A stretch of 63,908 nt of DNA, counting the filler, from Sandaracinaceae bacterium (GTDB lineage: Bacteria; Myxococcota_A; Polyangia; Polyangiales; JADJQN01), in the NCBI GenBank assembly GCA_947483975.1. It is 3 parts of 3 records of this genome, joined end to end, with 100 filler letters (N's around TTAATTAATTAA, not from the genome) between each part and the next. Parts side by side here need not be neighbours in the genome. Positions count along the whole stretch, not along the records: positions 1 to 23,464 come from CANKOL010000041.1; 2 more parts are not named here. One strand, 5' to 3'. Shown in pieces: positions 9,152 to 18,485 of the stretch. The notes below the pieces were generated by a model. The model did no database searches, was not told where the DNA came from, and worked only from the letters and a program-made list of their open reading frames with translations. Position 1 is the first letter of the stretch, and each line of letters opens with the position of its first letter. A program made the position numbers and the translations under genes.

Positions 9152-10717
9152 ATGCGCCCCTGGCGCATCACCGTCTCCCTCGTCGCCCTGCTGCTCGCGG
9201 CAGGGACCGGGACGGCGCACGCGCAGAGCTGGCCCGTCGCAGATCCGGCCGCGTCGTCCGAGCAGCGCGGCGACGAGGCGCCGGCGACAGAGACGCCGCC
9301 TGCGGTCGAGGTCGCCGATACGCCCCCCGACGCAGCCCCGCGCGCTGAGCAAGCCGCCGCGTCCGTCGTCGCTGCGTCGTCAGCGCCAGCGACCGAGGCT
9401 GACGCCGCCGCCGAGGCGCCCGCCGCCGATGATGGCTTCACGTTCGGCTCCTACGGGCGCGTCGTCGCCGCGAGCGATCTGCGCGGGCGCGCCGGGCGTG
9501 AGGCCGACCTCACCGCGTACAACCCGCGCCTCGACGAGGGCGTCTACACCGAGCTCGAGCTGCGCCATCGCTGGCACGTCGACGGCATGGACACGCTGAT
9601 CGTCGCGACGCTCGGCATCGCGGGGCCGATCTTCCACTACGACGCGAAGTTCGAGGAGTCGTTCGCCGTCCGCAACCTCTTCGCCGAGGTCAACCACGTC
9701 TTCACCGACGGGCTCGCCGTCTGGGCGGGCTCGCGGATGGTGCGCGGCGACGACGTCTATCTCCTGAATTTCTGGCCGCTCGACAACCTCAACATGGTCG
9801 GCGGCGGGCTGCGCTACGCGCTCGCCGAGCAGCTCGAGTTCGCCGCGCACGTCGGCTTCTCGGAGCCGAACGACCCGTTCTATCGGCAGAGCGCCTCGGT
9901 GCCCGCGCGCCTCGGCATCGCGCCCGAGACCATCCTGACGCTCGACCGCCCGCGCCTCGTCGTCGCCGAGAAGGTCACGTATTGGCCCTTCGGGCGCATG
10001 GAGGACCGCGGGCTCAAGGCGATCCTCTACGCCGAGCAGCACGCGCTCCCGAGCGGCACTCGGAACGACGTCTCGGGCGCCCCGGAGGTGCTCCCGCGCC
10101 AAGACGGCTGGGTCCTCGGCGGGCAGATCGGCGGCTGGATCAGCCCCGCGCACGCCTTCGTCAACGTGTTCGCGCGGTACTCGTCGGGGCTCGCGGCGTT
10201 CAACCCGCTCGACGCTCCCTTCCGCACCGGCGGCACGACCATCTCGACGTCGGCCGCGGGCGAGCTGATGCTCGCGCTCAGCGCCAACTGGGAATACGGC
10301 GCGTTCGGCGTGCAGGCGGGCGCGTTCTATCGCCGCTACACCGACCCGTCCGCGACGGCGTTCGGCGGCGGTCAGGTCGCGGAGGGCGTCTTCACGCTCC
10401 GCCCGCAGGTCTCGTTCGGCAAGTACGCCGGGCTCGCCGTCGAGGGCGCGTATCAGGCGCTGCAGACGACGAGCGTCGACGAGACGACGGGCGAGTTCCG
10501 CGGCGGCACCGCGTGGAAGCTCGGCGTGATGCCGTTCATCTCGCCGTTCGGCCGCGGCACCTACACGCGCCCGCAAATACGCCTGATCTATTCGCTGACC
10601 GCGCGCGACGCCCGCTCGCGCAGCCTGTCTCCGGTGGGAGATCCCGGAGCGACCGAGCAGACCGAGCACTTCCTCGGGATCGGAGTCGAGTGGTGGTTCA
10701 ACAGCTCCTATCTATGA
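9152..10717 (+). CDS. Carbohydrate porin, LamB/maltoporin-like
   Basis: Signal peptide AHAQ; FGSYGR N-terminal strand, WAG..M.RGDD.Y, C-terminal GVEWWF; stop overlaps the amylase ATG. Confidence 0.75.
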   Translation: MRPWRITVSLVALLLAAGTGTAHAQSWPVADPAASSEQRGDEAPATETPPAVEVADTPPDAAPRAEQAAASVVAASSAPATEADAAAEAPAADDGFTFGSYGRVVAASDLRGRAGREADLTAYNPRLDEGVYTELELRHRWHVDGMDTLIVATLGIAGPIFHYDAKFEESFAVRNLFAEVNHVFTDGLAVWAGSRMVRGDDVYLLNFWPLDNLNMVGGGLRYALAEQLEFAAHVGFSEPNDPFYRQSASVPARLGIAPETILTLDRPRLVVAEKVTYWPFGRMEDRGLKAILYAEQHALPSGTRNDVSGAPEVLPRQDGWVLGGQIGGWISPAHAFVNVFARYSSGLAAFNPLDAPFRTGGTTISTSAAGELMLALSANWEYGAFGVQAGAFYRRYTDPSATAFGGGQVAEGVFTLRPQVSFGKYAGLAVEGAYQALQTTSVDETTGEFRGGTAWKLGVMPFISPFGRGTYTRPQIRLIYSLTARDARSRSLSPVGDPGATEQTEHFLGIGVEWWFNSSYL

Positions 10718-12531
10718 GAGTCCGCGTCCCCGCGCTGCTGCTCGCGTCGCTCGTCGTCGTCGGCAGCGCCTTCGGCAGCAGCAGCGGCTGCGTCGGCGGC
10801 GACGTGCTCACCGGCGCGCAGGTCCCGATGACGCACCAGGTCGACGACTGGCGCGACGAGGTCGTCTATCAGCTGCTGACTGACCGCTTCGCCGACGGCG
10901 ACCCGCGCAACGACTGGCGCGTCGACCGCAGCGGCATGGCCCGCTATCACGGCGGCGACTACCTCGGCGTCGTCTCGCAGCTCGACTATCTGAGCGAGCT
11001 CGGCGTGACGGCCATCTGGATCAGCCCGATCGTCTTGAACGTCGACACCGACGCTGGCGTGGACGCCTATCACGGGTATTGGGCGGTCGATCTACAGCGC
11101 CTCAATCCGCACTTCGGCGACCTCGGCGCGCTCCGCGAGATGGTGCGTGCGTGCCACGCCCGCGGCATCAAGGTGATCCTCGACATCGTCACGAACCACC
11201 TCGGGCAGGTGTTCTATTACGACATCAACCAGAACGGGCGCCCCGACGACAACGTCTATGGCTCCGGCACCGCGAGCCCGCTGACGCGCCTCACCGAGTA
11301 CGACCCCGACTACGACGGACGCGGGATTCAGTCGTATACGTCGCTCGGCGAGGCGGGCGCGGCGCCGATCAAGTTCTTTCATATGCCGGACGTGTTCCGC
11401 ATGCCGCCGATGCCGGAGATCTTTCAGCACCCGGAGGCGTACAACCGCCGCGGGCGCATCACCGACTATGGGATTCAAGAGCAGGTCGTCTATGGTGACT
11501 TCCCCGGCGGGCTCAAGGACCTGAACACCGCGAATCCCGACGTCCGAGAGGCGCTGATCGCGTCGTATACGGACTGGATCCTCAAGACGGATATCGACGC
11601 CTTCCGCATCGACACGCTCAAGCACGTCGAGCACGAGTTCTGGCAGATCTTCTGTCAGCAGGTGCGCGAGCGGCTCGCGCTCGCGGGCAAGACCAACTTC
11701 TTCATGTTCGGTGAGGCGTTCGACGGCGACGACACGCTGCTCGGCTCGTACACCGCGCCGAACGAGCTCGACGCCGTCTTCTACTTCTCGCAGAAGTTCC
11801 AGGTGTTCGGGGACGTGTTCCTGCACGGGCAGCCGACCAAGAAGGTCGAGGAGCTCTACGGGCAGCGCGCCGCGCACTACGGGCTCACGCCGCAGCCCGG
11901 CGGCATCGGCGTCGCGCCGCGCGACGCGCTCGTGAACTTCCTCGACAACCACGATGTCCCGCGCTTCCTCTACGAGTTCACGGACGGGGCAGAGGGGCAC
12001 TTCGAAGAGGGGCGCGCGCGGCTCAAGGCGGCGCTCGCGTATCTGCTGACCGAAGATGGAATCCCCTGCATCTATTACGGCACTGAGCAGGACTACTCGG
12101 GCGGCAACGACCCCGCGAACCGCGAAGATCTCGCGTGGAGCGGCTACCGCACGGACGGCGACACCTTCCAGTGGATCGCCAAGCTCACGCACCTCCGCCG
12201 GGCATATCCCGCGCTCCGCCGCGGCAACTTCACGCTGCGCTGGACGACCGAGCGAGTCGGCGCGGAGCAAGACGCGGGCCTCGTCGCCTTCGAGCGCGCG
12301 CTCGACGCCGAGTACGCGCTCGTCGTCATCAACACGCGCGACAAGGTGAGCGAGACGAGCGCGACCAGCCTCGGCGGCGGCGCGATGCTCGTCGGCGCAG
12401 CGCCCGGCACCGTCCTCGTCGACGTGCTCGGCAGCGGGCCCGACGTGACGGTGAGCGGCGCGGGACAGGCGACGATCAGCGTCGGACCGTTCGGCGCAGC
12501 GGTCTACGTGCCGAACGCGCAGCGGCGGTGA
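10714..12531 (+). CDS. GH13 alpha-amylase family lipoprotein
   Basis: YQLLTDRFADGD, YHGYW, DIVTNH, FRIDTLKHV, GEAF, FLDNHD, GIPCIYYGTE; SSSGC lipobox. Confidence 0.92.
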   Translation: MRVRVPALLLASLVVVGSAFGSSSGCVGGDVLTGAQVPMTHQVDDWRDEVVYQLLTDRFADGDPRNDWRVDRSGMARYHGGDYLGVVSQLDYLSELGVTAIWISPIVLNVDTDAGVDAYHGYWAVDLQRLNPHFGDLGALREMVRACHARGIKVILDIVTNHLGQVFYYDINQNGRPDDNVYGSGTASPLTRLTEYDPDYDGRGIQSYTSLGEAGAAPIKFFHMPDVFRMPPMPEIFQHPEAYNRRGRITDYGIQEQVVYGDFPGGLKDLNTANPDVREALIASYTDWILKTDIDAFRIDTLKHVEHEFWQIFCQQVRERLALAGKTNFFMFGEAFDGDDTLLGSYTAPNELDAVFYFSQKFQVFGDVFLHGQPTKKVEELYGQRAAHYGLTPQPGGIGVAPRDALVNFLDNHDVPRFLYEFTDGAEGHFEEGRARLKAALAYLLTEDGIPCIYYGTEQDYSGGNDPANREDLAWSGYRTDGDTFQWIAKLTHLRRAYPALRRGNFTLRWTTERVGAEQDAGLVAFERALDAEYALVVINTRDKVSETSATSLGGGAMLVGAAPGTVLVDVLGSGPDVTVSGAGQATISVGPFGAAVYVPNAQRR

Positions 12532-12575
12532 GGCGGGGCTGAGCGCGGGCGAGGGCAGGCAGCGCGAACCTTTGG

Positions 12576-12632
12576 GGCTCGCGCCGGTCGGGGGACGTGC
12601 TCGATGGCTCGCGCCGGTCGGGGGCCGTGCTC
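12576..12632. repeat. 30-bp-period direct repeat x2
   Basis: ggctcgcgccggtcggggg(a/c)cgtgctc at 12576 and 12606. Confidence 0.7.
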
Positions 12633-12756
12633 ATCGGACGGGGCGCGTCTCCTCGCGGAGGGACGTGAGATGACCTTCGAGCGACCCCGGCAAACAACCC
12701 GCTGCGGCGAACGCCCGTCCGCCTGCGCTCGTCCCCCGACCGTCGCTCTGTGTGGA

Positions 12757-13310
12757 GATGGGGACGGCGGCCCCGAGGTCCTGCACCTCCGCGACGTCGC
12801 CTAGGTGGTGTTGCAGCACCTCGTCCTCACGAACGCGGCGATCAATGGCCTCAACATCGACGACGGCGGCACCTTCGACACCCCCGCGCACCACGTCGTG
12901 CTGCGTGACGTCGAGGTGCGCGACATCGGCACGGGCGGCAACAACGACTGCATCAAGCTCTCGGGGCTCGACGACTACTTCGTCCTCGACAGCCGCGCGC
13001 TGCGCTGCAACGCAGGCGACGCGATCGATCACGTCGGCTGCCACCGCGGCTTCATCCACGGCTGCGCCTTCTCGGACTCGAGCGGCGGCGGCATCCAGAT
13101 GAAGGGCGGCTCCTCCGACATCCTCGTGCACGGCAACACGTTCACGGACATCGCCGCGCGCGCCATCAACGCAGGCGGCAGCACCGGACTCCCCTACTTC
13201 CGCCCCGTCGACGCGCCGTCGAGGGCTCCACGGCCGACTTCCAGGCCACGTGCTGGCACCCGACCTCGCCGAGCATCGGCGCCATCCAGGCCACCAGCTG
13301 CACGATCTAA
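12757..13310 (+). pseudogene. Decayed right-handed beta-helix (pectin lyase-like) protein gene
   Basis: NGLNIDDGG, NNDCIKLSG, GDAIDHVGC, GGIQMKGGS beta-helix rungs; no 5' end, in-frame TAG at 12802, then a jump to a C-terminal SIGAIQATSCTI* in another frame. Confidence 0.7.
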
Positions 13311-13390
13311 CCGAGCGAGTCGGCGCGGAGCAAGACGCGGGCGTCGTCGCCTTCGAGCGCGCCGCAGACGCCGAGTACACGCTCGTCGTC
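13310..13390 (+). pseudogene. Second, short copy of the amylase 3' region
   Basis: Matches 12247-12327 (TERVGAEQDAG.VAFERA.DAEY.LVV) with a few substitutions. Confidence 0.88.
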
Positions 13391-13578
13391 GACGCTGACG
13401 GTGACGAGCCTGACTCCCGCGCGCATCGCCGCGCACCAGGGGCGCGTGGGCAGCCTGATGGCGCTCGGGGGCGCGACTGCGCCCTCGTCGACGCTTCGCC
13501 GCGCGCCGTGGCGCGGACGCCGCGGTCCGGCCTCGCGGGGAAGCGTCGGGGGACCCACCTTGCTCCGGCGCGCGCCAC

Positions 13579-13604
13579 GTGACTACAATGTGGCCACACG
13601 GAGG
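13579..13604 (+). promoter_or_regulatory. Putative promoter/operator of mazEF-like operon
   Basis: Imperfect palindrome GTGACTAC-AAT-GTGGCCAC containing a TACAAT -10, followed by GGAGG RBS. Confidence 0.55.
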
Positions 13605-13613
13605 CACGACGCG

Positions 13614-13868
13614 ATGAAGGCTCACATCGTTCGCATCGGCAACTCGCAGGGGCTACGACTCCCGAAGCTCGTCCTCGAGCAGACGGGCCTGTCCGGCGAG
13701 GTGGAGCTCGAGGTGGACGGCAACTGCCTCATCATCCGGTCTCCGAAGCGGACGCGGGAGGGCTGGAGCGAGGCCTTTCAAACGATGCGCGCCAACGGCG
13801 ACGATGCGCTCGTCGACGGCGATGCGGCCTCGGCGACCGCGTGGGACGAGGCAGAGTGGCGTTGGTAG
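13614..13868 (+). CDS. mazE: AbrB/MazE/SpoVT family antitoxin
   Basis: MKAHIVRIGNSQGLRLPK motif; C-terminal WDEAEW.W; overlaps toxin. Confidence 0.9.
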   Translation: MKAHIVRIGNSQGLRLPKLVLEQTGLSGEVELEVDGNCLIIRSPKRTREGWSEAFQTMRANGDDALVDGDAASATAWDEAEWRW

Positions 13869-14185
13869 TGCGTCGCTTCGACGTCGTCCTGGTGAACCTC
13901 GACCCGACGGTCGGCGCCGAGATCCAGAAGACGCGCCCCTGCCTGGTGGTCTCGCCCGACGAGATGAACGCCAACCTTCGCACGGTGCTGGTCGCGCCGA
14001 TGACCACTCGCGGGCGCCCGTACCCGACGCGTATCGCCTGCAAATTCCAGAAGAAGGACGGCACCATCGTGCTCGACCAGCTCCGCACGGTCGACGGAGC
14101 GCGGCTCGTCAAGAAGCTCGGACGCCTCGACGCCAGCACCCAGCGCAAAGTGCTCGCGCTCCTCGCGGAGATGTTCGCGCCGTAG
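13862..14185 (+). CDS. mazF: PemK/MazF family endoribonuclease toxin
   Basis: RFDVVLVNLDPTVGAEIQKTRPCLVVS, APMTT, DQLRTVD. Confidence 0.92.
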   Translation: MVVRRFDVVLVNLDPTVGAEIQKTRPCLVVSPDEMNANLRTVLVAPMTTRGRPYPTRIACKFQKKDGTIVLDQLRTVDGARLVKKLGRLDASTQRKVLALLAEMFAP

Positions 14186-14367
14186 TTGGGTCGCTTCCCT
14201 CTGTGCCCACGCCGCCTGAGACAGGCTTCCGCTCGATATCTTTGTCCTGATAGCTGGAGAATGGCGTCGCCGGCTTCCTACAGGCGACTACGCGCGAGCG
14301 CGGGCAACAGCGGCGCGGTGTCCGTCGACTGGGCCGTGAGGTGCGGATTGACGCTACGCTGAGCCCC

Positions 14368-15372
14368 ATGCGTCTCTGGGTCTCCTTCGCGCTCAGGATG
14401 GCCATCGCGCTCGGACTCACGTCGAGCGCCGCGGCGCAGGCGCGCGGCTGGCGGACGCTCCATCTCGGAGGCGGGCTGCGCGCGACGCGCTATCTGCCGA
14501 CCTCGGTGCGGCCGTGCGACCCACTGCCGCTCATGCTCTTCTTGCACGGCGCGGGCGGTACGCCCGAGGGCTACTACGCGACGCTCGAGGGCGACGCAGA
14601 GGCGCTCGGCGTCGTGCTCGTGCTGCCGCAGGCGACGGGCGCCGGCTGGAGCGACGCGGACGTCCCGACCGTCGCCGCCGCGCTCGACGCGGTGCGCGCG
14701 GAGCTGAACGTTGACGAGACGCGCACGTACTTCGCGGGCCACTCGGCGGGCGGAGCGTTCGCGTATTTGCTCGCGTACGAGGGCACCACGGGCATCGCCG
14801 CGGTCTTCACGATGGCGGCGCCGTTCTACGCCGTCACGGCCCTCGCGGACCCGACCTACGCCGCCGCGATCCACATGTACTACGGGGCCGACGACCCCAA
14901 CTACACGGGCGGCTCTGCGTCACGCCTGCAGGCGCAGTGGACGCGCTTCTCCGTGCCGCAAGAGACGGATCTGCAGGTCGGCTATGGGCACTCGAGCTGG
15001 CCTCCCACGTCGATCCGGGCGGGCTTCGACTTCCTCCTCGCGCACCGATACCCGGGCACGCCGACCGCGTCGATGTGCACGGGCGACGCGGACGCTGGAG
15101 CGCGCTTGGACGCAGGCGAGCCGCTCGACGCGGGCACGTCGCTCGGCGACCTCGGCGCGGCGCGATGGGACGGTGGAGTCCCGAGCGTCGACGGCGGGGG
15201 AGCCACCCGCACGCCGCGCGGGGACCTCTCGAGCGGCTGTGGCTGTCGCATCGCGGAGCCCGCGGTGCGTGGCGCGTGGTCGGCCCCGCTCGCTTGCGCC
15301 GTCCTCGCGCTCGCCGTCGCGCGTCGGCGCGGACGCGCGCGAGCGCTCAAGCGGGCGCGAGCAGCGCGCTGA
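14368..15372 (+). CDS. Secreted alpha/beta-hydrolase (esterase) with C-terminal MYXO-CTERM sorting signal
   Basis: Signal peptide; LHGAGG, GHSAGG nucleophile elbow, GYGH; C-terminal SSGCGCR...hydrophobic...RRR. Confidence 0.8.
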   Translation: MRLWVSFALRMAIALGLTSSAAAQARGWRTLHLGGGLRATRYLPTSVRPCDPLPLMLFLHGAGGTPEGYYATLEGDAEALGVVLVLPQATGAGWSDADVPTVAAALDAVRAELNVDETRTYFAGHSAGGAFAYLLAYEGTTGIAAVFTMAAPFYAVTALADPTYAAAIHMYYGADDPNYTGGSASRLQAQWTRFSVPQETDLQVGYGHSSWPPTSIRAGFDFLLAHRYPGTPTASMCTGDADAGARLDAGEPLDAGTSLGDLGAARWDGGVPSVDGGGATRTPRGDLSSGCGCRIAEPAVRGAWSAPLACAVLALAVARRRGRARALKRARAAR

Positions 15373-15396
15373 GCTCGCGCTGCAGCGGCGTCGTGA

Positions 15397-15954
15397 CCTG
15401 ACGACAACGTCTACGGCTCGGGCACCGCGAGCCCGCTGACGCGCCTCACCGCGTACGACCCCGACTACGACTCACGCGGGATTCAGTCGTATACCTTGTT
15501 TGGTGAGGCGGGCGCGGCGCCGATCAAGTTCTTCCACATGCCGGACGTGTTCCGGATGCCGCTACGGGCTCACACCGCAGCCCGGCGGCATCGGCGTCGC
15601 GCCGCGCGATGCGCTCGTGAACTTCCTCGACAACCACGATGTGCCGCGCTTCCTCTACGAGTTCACGGACGGCGCAGAGGGGCACTTCGAAGAGGGCCGC
15701 GCGCGCCTCAAGGCGGCGCTCGCGTATCTGCTGACCGAAGACGGCATTCCTTGCATCTACTGCGGCACTGAGCAGGACTACTCGGGCCGCGACGACCCCG
15801 CGAACCGCGAAGACCTCGCGTGGAGCGGCTACCGCACGGACGGCGACACCTTCCAGTGGATCGCCAAGCTCACGCACCTGCGCCGCGCAGATCCCGCGCT
15901 CCGCCGCGGCAACTTCACGCTGCGCTGGACGACCGAGGGCGCAGCGGCGGTGAG
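15397..15954 (+). pseudogene. Third copy of the amylase 3' part, with two internal deletions, ending at the stop codon
   Basis: 15397-15561 = 11242-11406; 15562-15937 = 11877-12252; 15939-15954 = 12517-12532 (includes TGA). Confidence 0.93.
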
Positions 15955-16034
15955 TGTCAGCGCGCCCCGACTCGAGCGGTCCCGCAAGTGGGCGCCTGGC
16001 TCGCCGCGGCAGTCAGAGTGGTATCGTGGCCCGC

Positions 16035-16574
16035 ATGAACCGCGTCGCGCTCGGGCTGACCATCGCTCTCGCCACGTCGGGGTGCACGAGGGGCCCAGCG
16101 CCCGCGTCCCCGACTCCCCCGCTCGCTGTGACGGTGAGCGCGGCCCCGCCCACCGCGGCCCCGCCCATCGCGGCCCCGCCCATCGCGGCCCCGCCCGTCG
16201 CGGCGGTTCCGCCGGCGGTCGTCGCGGAGAACGTCCCGGAGGACCCACCCGATGCGGCGCCTGCGAGCGGCGACGCGATCGACAGGCTGGTGGCCTACCT
16301 CCGCACGACGGGCGGCATGTGGGTCAATGGGCTGTCGCCGACCCTCCACCTACCCGCGACGGCCACGCCCGACGAGGTGGCCGCGCGAGCGCTGCGAGGC
16401 TACGACGGGCTGAGGACTACCCACGTCGTGCTCGTGCGCCACGTGGACCTCGGCGACAGCGATATCCGCGACACGGCCGCTTTGGTGGACACCAACCTCG
16501 GCCAGCGCATCGTGCTGATGGGCTTTGACCGAGCGCGCGGGTGGGACACGAAGGTATTCGACACCAGTCGATAG
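16035..16574 (+). CDS. Lipoprotein with Pro/Ala 15-bp repeat linker
   Basis: MNRVALGLTIALATSGC lipobox; AAPP(T/I/V) repeats. Confidence 0.65.
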   Translation: MNRVALGLTIALATSGCTRGPAPASPTPPLAVTVSAAPPTAAPPIAAPPIAAPPVAAVPPAVVAENVPEDPPDAAPASGDAIDRLVAYLRTTGGMWVNGLSPTLHLPATATPDEVAARALRGYDGLRTTHVVLVRHVDLGDSDIRDTAALVDTNLGQRIVLMGFDRARGWDTKVFDTSR

Positions 16575-16773
16575 GCGAGCGCCGCGCGCCCCGCGACCCG
16601 AGCGAGGATGGCTTCCGCGTCGACGCTCGGCGCGGCATCCTTCGCCGTATCCGCAGCAACGCCGAGATTGTGCTGCGGCCCACCCTCGCATAGGGTCCCT
16701 CTGTGCGTGAAGTGGGGACTGCCACATGGAGAGGCGACGCGTCGCGCGTTCGGAGGGCCACGCGCCGCCGCCC

Positions 16774-17583
16774 ATGAATGACCCCGCCGCCCACTCGCTC
16801 CCCGAGCGCGACGAGCCCCTCCTCGCCCGGCTCGCGGAGGTCGCCGACAAGCTCTTCAGGCCTTATTTCCGCGCCGACGTTCGCGGCCTCGAGCGGATCC
16901 CGCGGGGCGCCGCTCTCTTCGTCGGCAACCACAACGCCGGTCTGCTCGCGCCCGAGGCGTTTCTGCTCTTCGGGGCGCTGCGGCACCGCGCGCTCTCCGA
17001 CGTTCCCTACGCGCTGACCGGGGATCTCCTCGTCGCGGTGCCGGCGTTGGAGCGCGCGGCGGCGAAGCTCGGCCTCGTGCGCGCGCGACCGGAGGTGGCG
17101 CTCCGACTGCTCGCGGGCGACGCGAAGGTGCTCGTCTACCCAGGCGGGGACGTGGAGTCCATGCGGCCCTACGCGGACCGGGATCGCATCGTGTTCGGGG
17201 GACGGCGCGGCTACATCCGCCTCGCGCTCCGCGCCGGGGTCCCGAGCGTCCCCGTGGTCGCGGCGGGCGCCCACTCGACGTTCATCGTGCTCTCCGACGG
17301 GCGGCGACTCCTCCGGGCGCTCGGAGTCGGCTCGCGTCTGCGGCTGACCACCTGGCCGATCTCGCTGTGCTTGCCGTGGGGCGTCGCGATTGGGCCCGTG
17401 CAGGTGCACCTGCCATGGCCCACACGAATCCTCGAGGAGGTGCTCCCCCCAATTCGCTTCGAGCGCACCGGAGAGGCGGCCGCGTCCGACGCCGAGTACG
17501 TGCGCGCCTGCGCCGAGCAGGTCGAGTCGACGATGCAGCTCGCGCTGACGAGACTCGCCCACGAGCGGGCAGGGTGGAAGTGA
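16774..17583 (+). CDS. Lysophospholipid/diacylglycerol acyltransferase family protein
   Basis: GLERIP, VGNHNAG, VYPGG, FGGRRGYIRLAL. Confidence 0.85.
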   Translation: MNDPAAHSLPERDEPLLARLAEVADKLFRPYFRADVRGLERIPRGAALFVGNHNAGLLAPEAFLLFGALRHRALSDVPYALTGDLLVAVPALERAAAKLGLVRARPEVALRLLAGDAKVLVYPGGDVESMRPYADRDRIVFGGRRGYIRLALRAGVPSVPVVAAGAHSTFIVLSDGRRLLRALGVGSRLRLTTWPISLCLPWGVAIGPVQVHLPWPTRILEEVLPPIRFERTGEAAASDAEYVRACAEQVESTMQLALTRLAHERAGWK

Positions 17584-17688
17584 GCGTCCAAATCCACCAC
17601 CCATCGGTCGCGCCCCGCGCCTTTCGTCCGCGAGCGCTGTGCTGTGAGCTCGAGGAGCTGTTCCTGAAAGGCGCGTAGGTGCCGGTCC

Positions 17689-17994
17689 TCACCCCCAGAG
17701 CTCGGCCAGCTTCCACTCGATCGCCTCGAAAGGCTCGACGCGCGCCACGTCGTCATCGCTCCACACGCCGAGCTCGGCGAGCGCGACGCCTGGCGCCGCG
17801 ACGGTCCACCAGCCGCCGGGCGCGCCGCCGTCGCCGAACTGATAGCCGCCTTGCACGCGGCCGCCGACGCGCGTCGTCGAGGTGGCGTGCCGCGGTCGCG
17901 CGTGGAGCACGCCCTGGATCAGCTCGCCGCAGACGCCCGCCGGGAGTGCCTCGAGGTCGACCCGCGTCGCGCGCCTGGTGGCGGGGACGGTCAC
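17689..17994 (-). pseudogene. Uma2 family endonuclease remnant
   Basis: N-terminal DLEALP..GELI.G.L..RP and GG.PGGWW, C-terminal ARVEPFEAIE..L..LW; central PD..EV catalytic core absent. Confidence 0.7.
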
Positions 17995-18135
17995 GCGTCG
18001 GGCATAGCGCGCCTCGCGCGGGTCGTCTCGACCGCGGCCGTGAAGCGCGAGGTCAGTCGAGCCTGGACGCGCTCACATGTGCCGGCAAGAAGCTCGTCAA
18101 GGACCGGCACGGCGAGCATCACCCGCAGGGGTGGC

Positions 18136-18422
18136 GAGCAATCTGCGGTGCTTGCCGGGAAGGCCCGCGGCATTGGGGAGCAATCTGCGGTGCTTGCCGG
18201 GAAGGCCCGCGGCATTGGGGAGCAATCTGCGGTGCTTGCCGGGAAGGGCCGCGGCATTGGGGAGCAATCTGCGGTGCTTGCCGGGAAGGGCCGCGGCATT
18301 GGGAAGCAATCTGCGGTGCTTGCCGGGAAGGCCCGCGGTATTGGGGAGCAATCTGCGGTGCTTGCCGGGAAGGCCTGCGGTATTGGGGAGCAATCTGCCG
18401 GGCTTGCCGGGAAGGCCTGCGG
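18136..18422. repeat. 42-bp tandem repeat x7 with two palindromes per unit
   Basis: Unit gagcaatctgcggtgcttgccgggaaggcccgcggcattggg starting at 18136, 18178, 18220, 18262, 18304, 18346, 18388. Confidence 0.95.
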
Positions 18423-18485
18423 CCTTGCGGCGCAACTTGCCTCCGCGGCGCGCAGGCCTCGACGCGGCGGACCGTCGGTGGCGGT

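Noticed and set aside
12802..12804. Amber recoding suggested by in-frame TAGs at 12802 and 53503
   Set aside because: Conserved genes here (fusA, mazF) end normally at TAG, and the 12802 gene is also truncated and frameshifted
18136..18422. CRISPR array interpretation of the 42-bp repeats (also 35696-36003)
   Set aside because: Conserved core only about 12-13 bp, spacers identical or related to each other, no cas genes in the window
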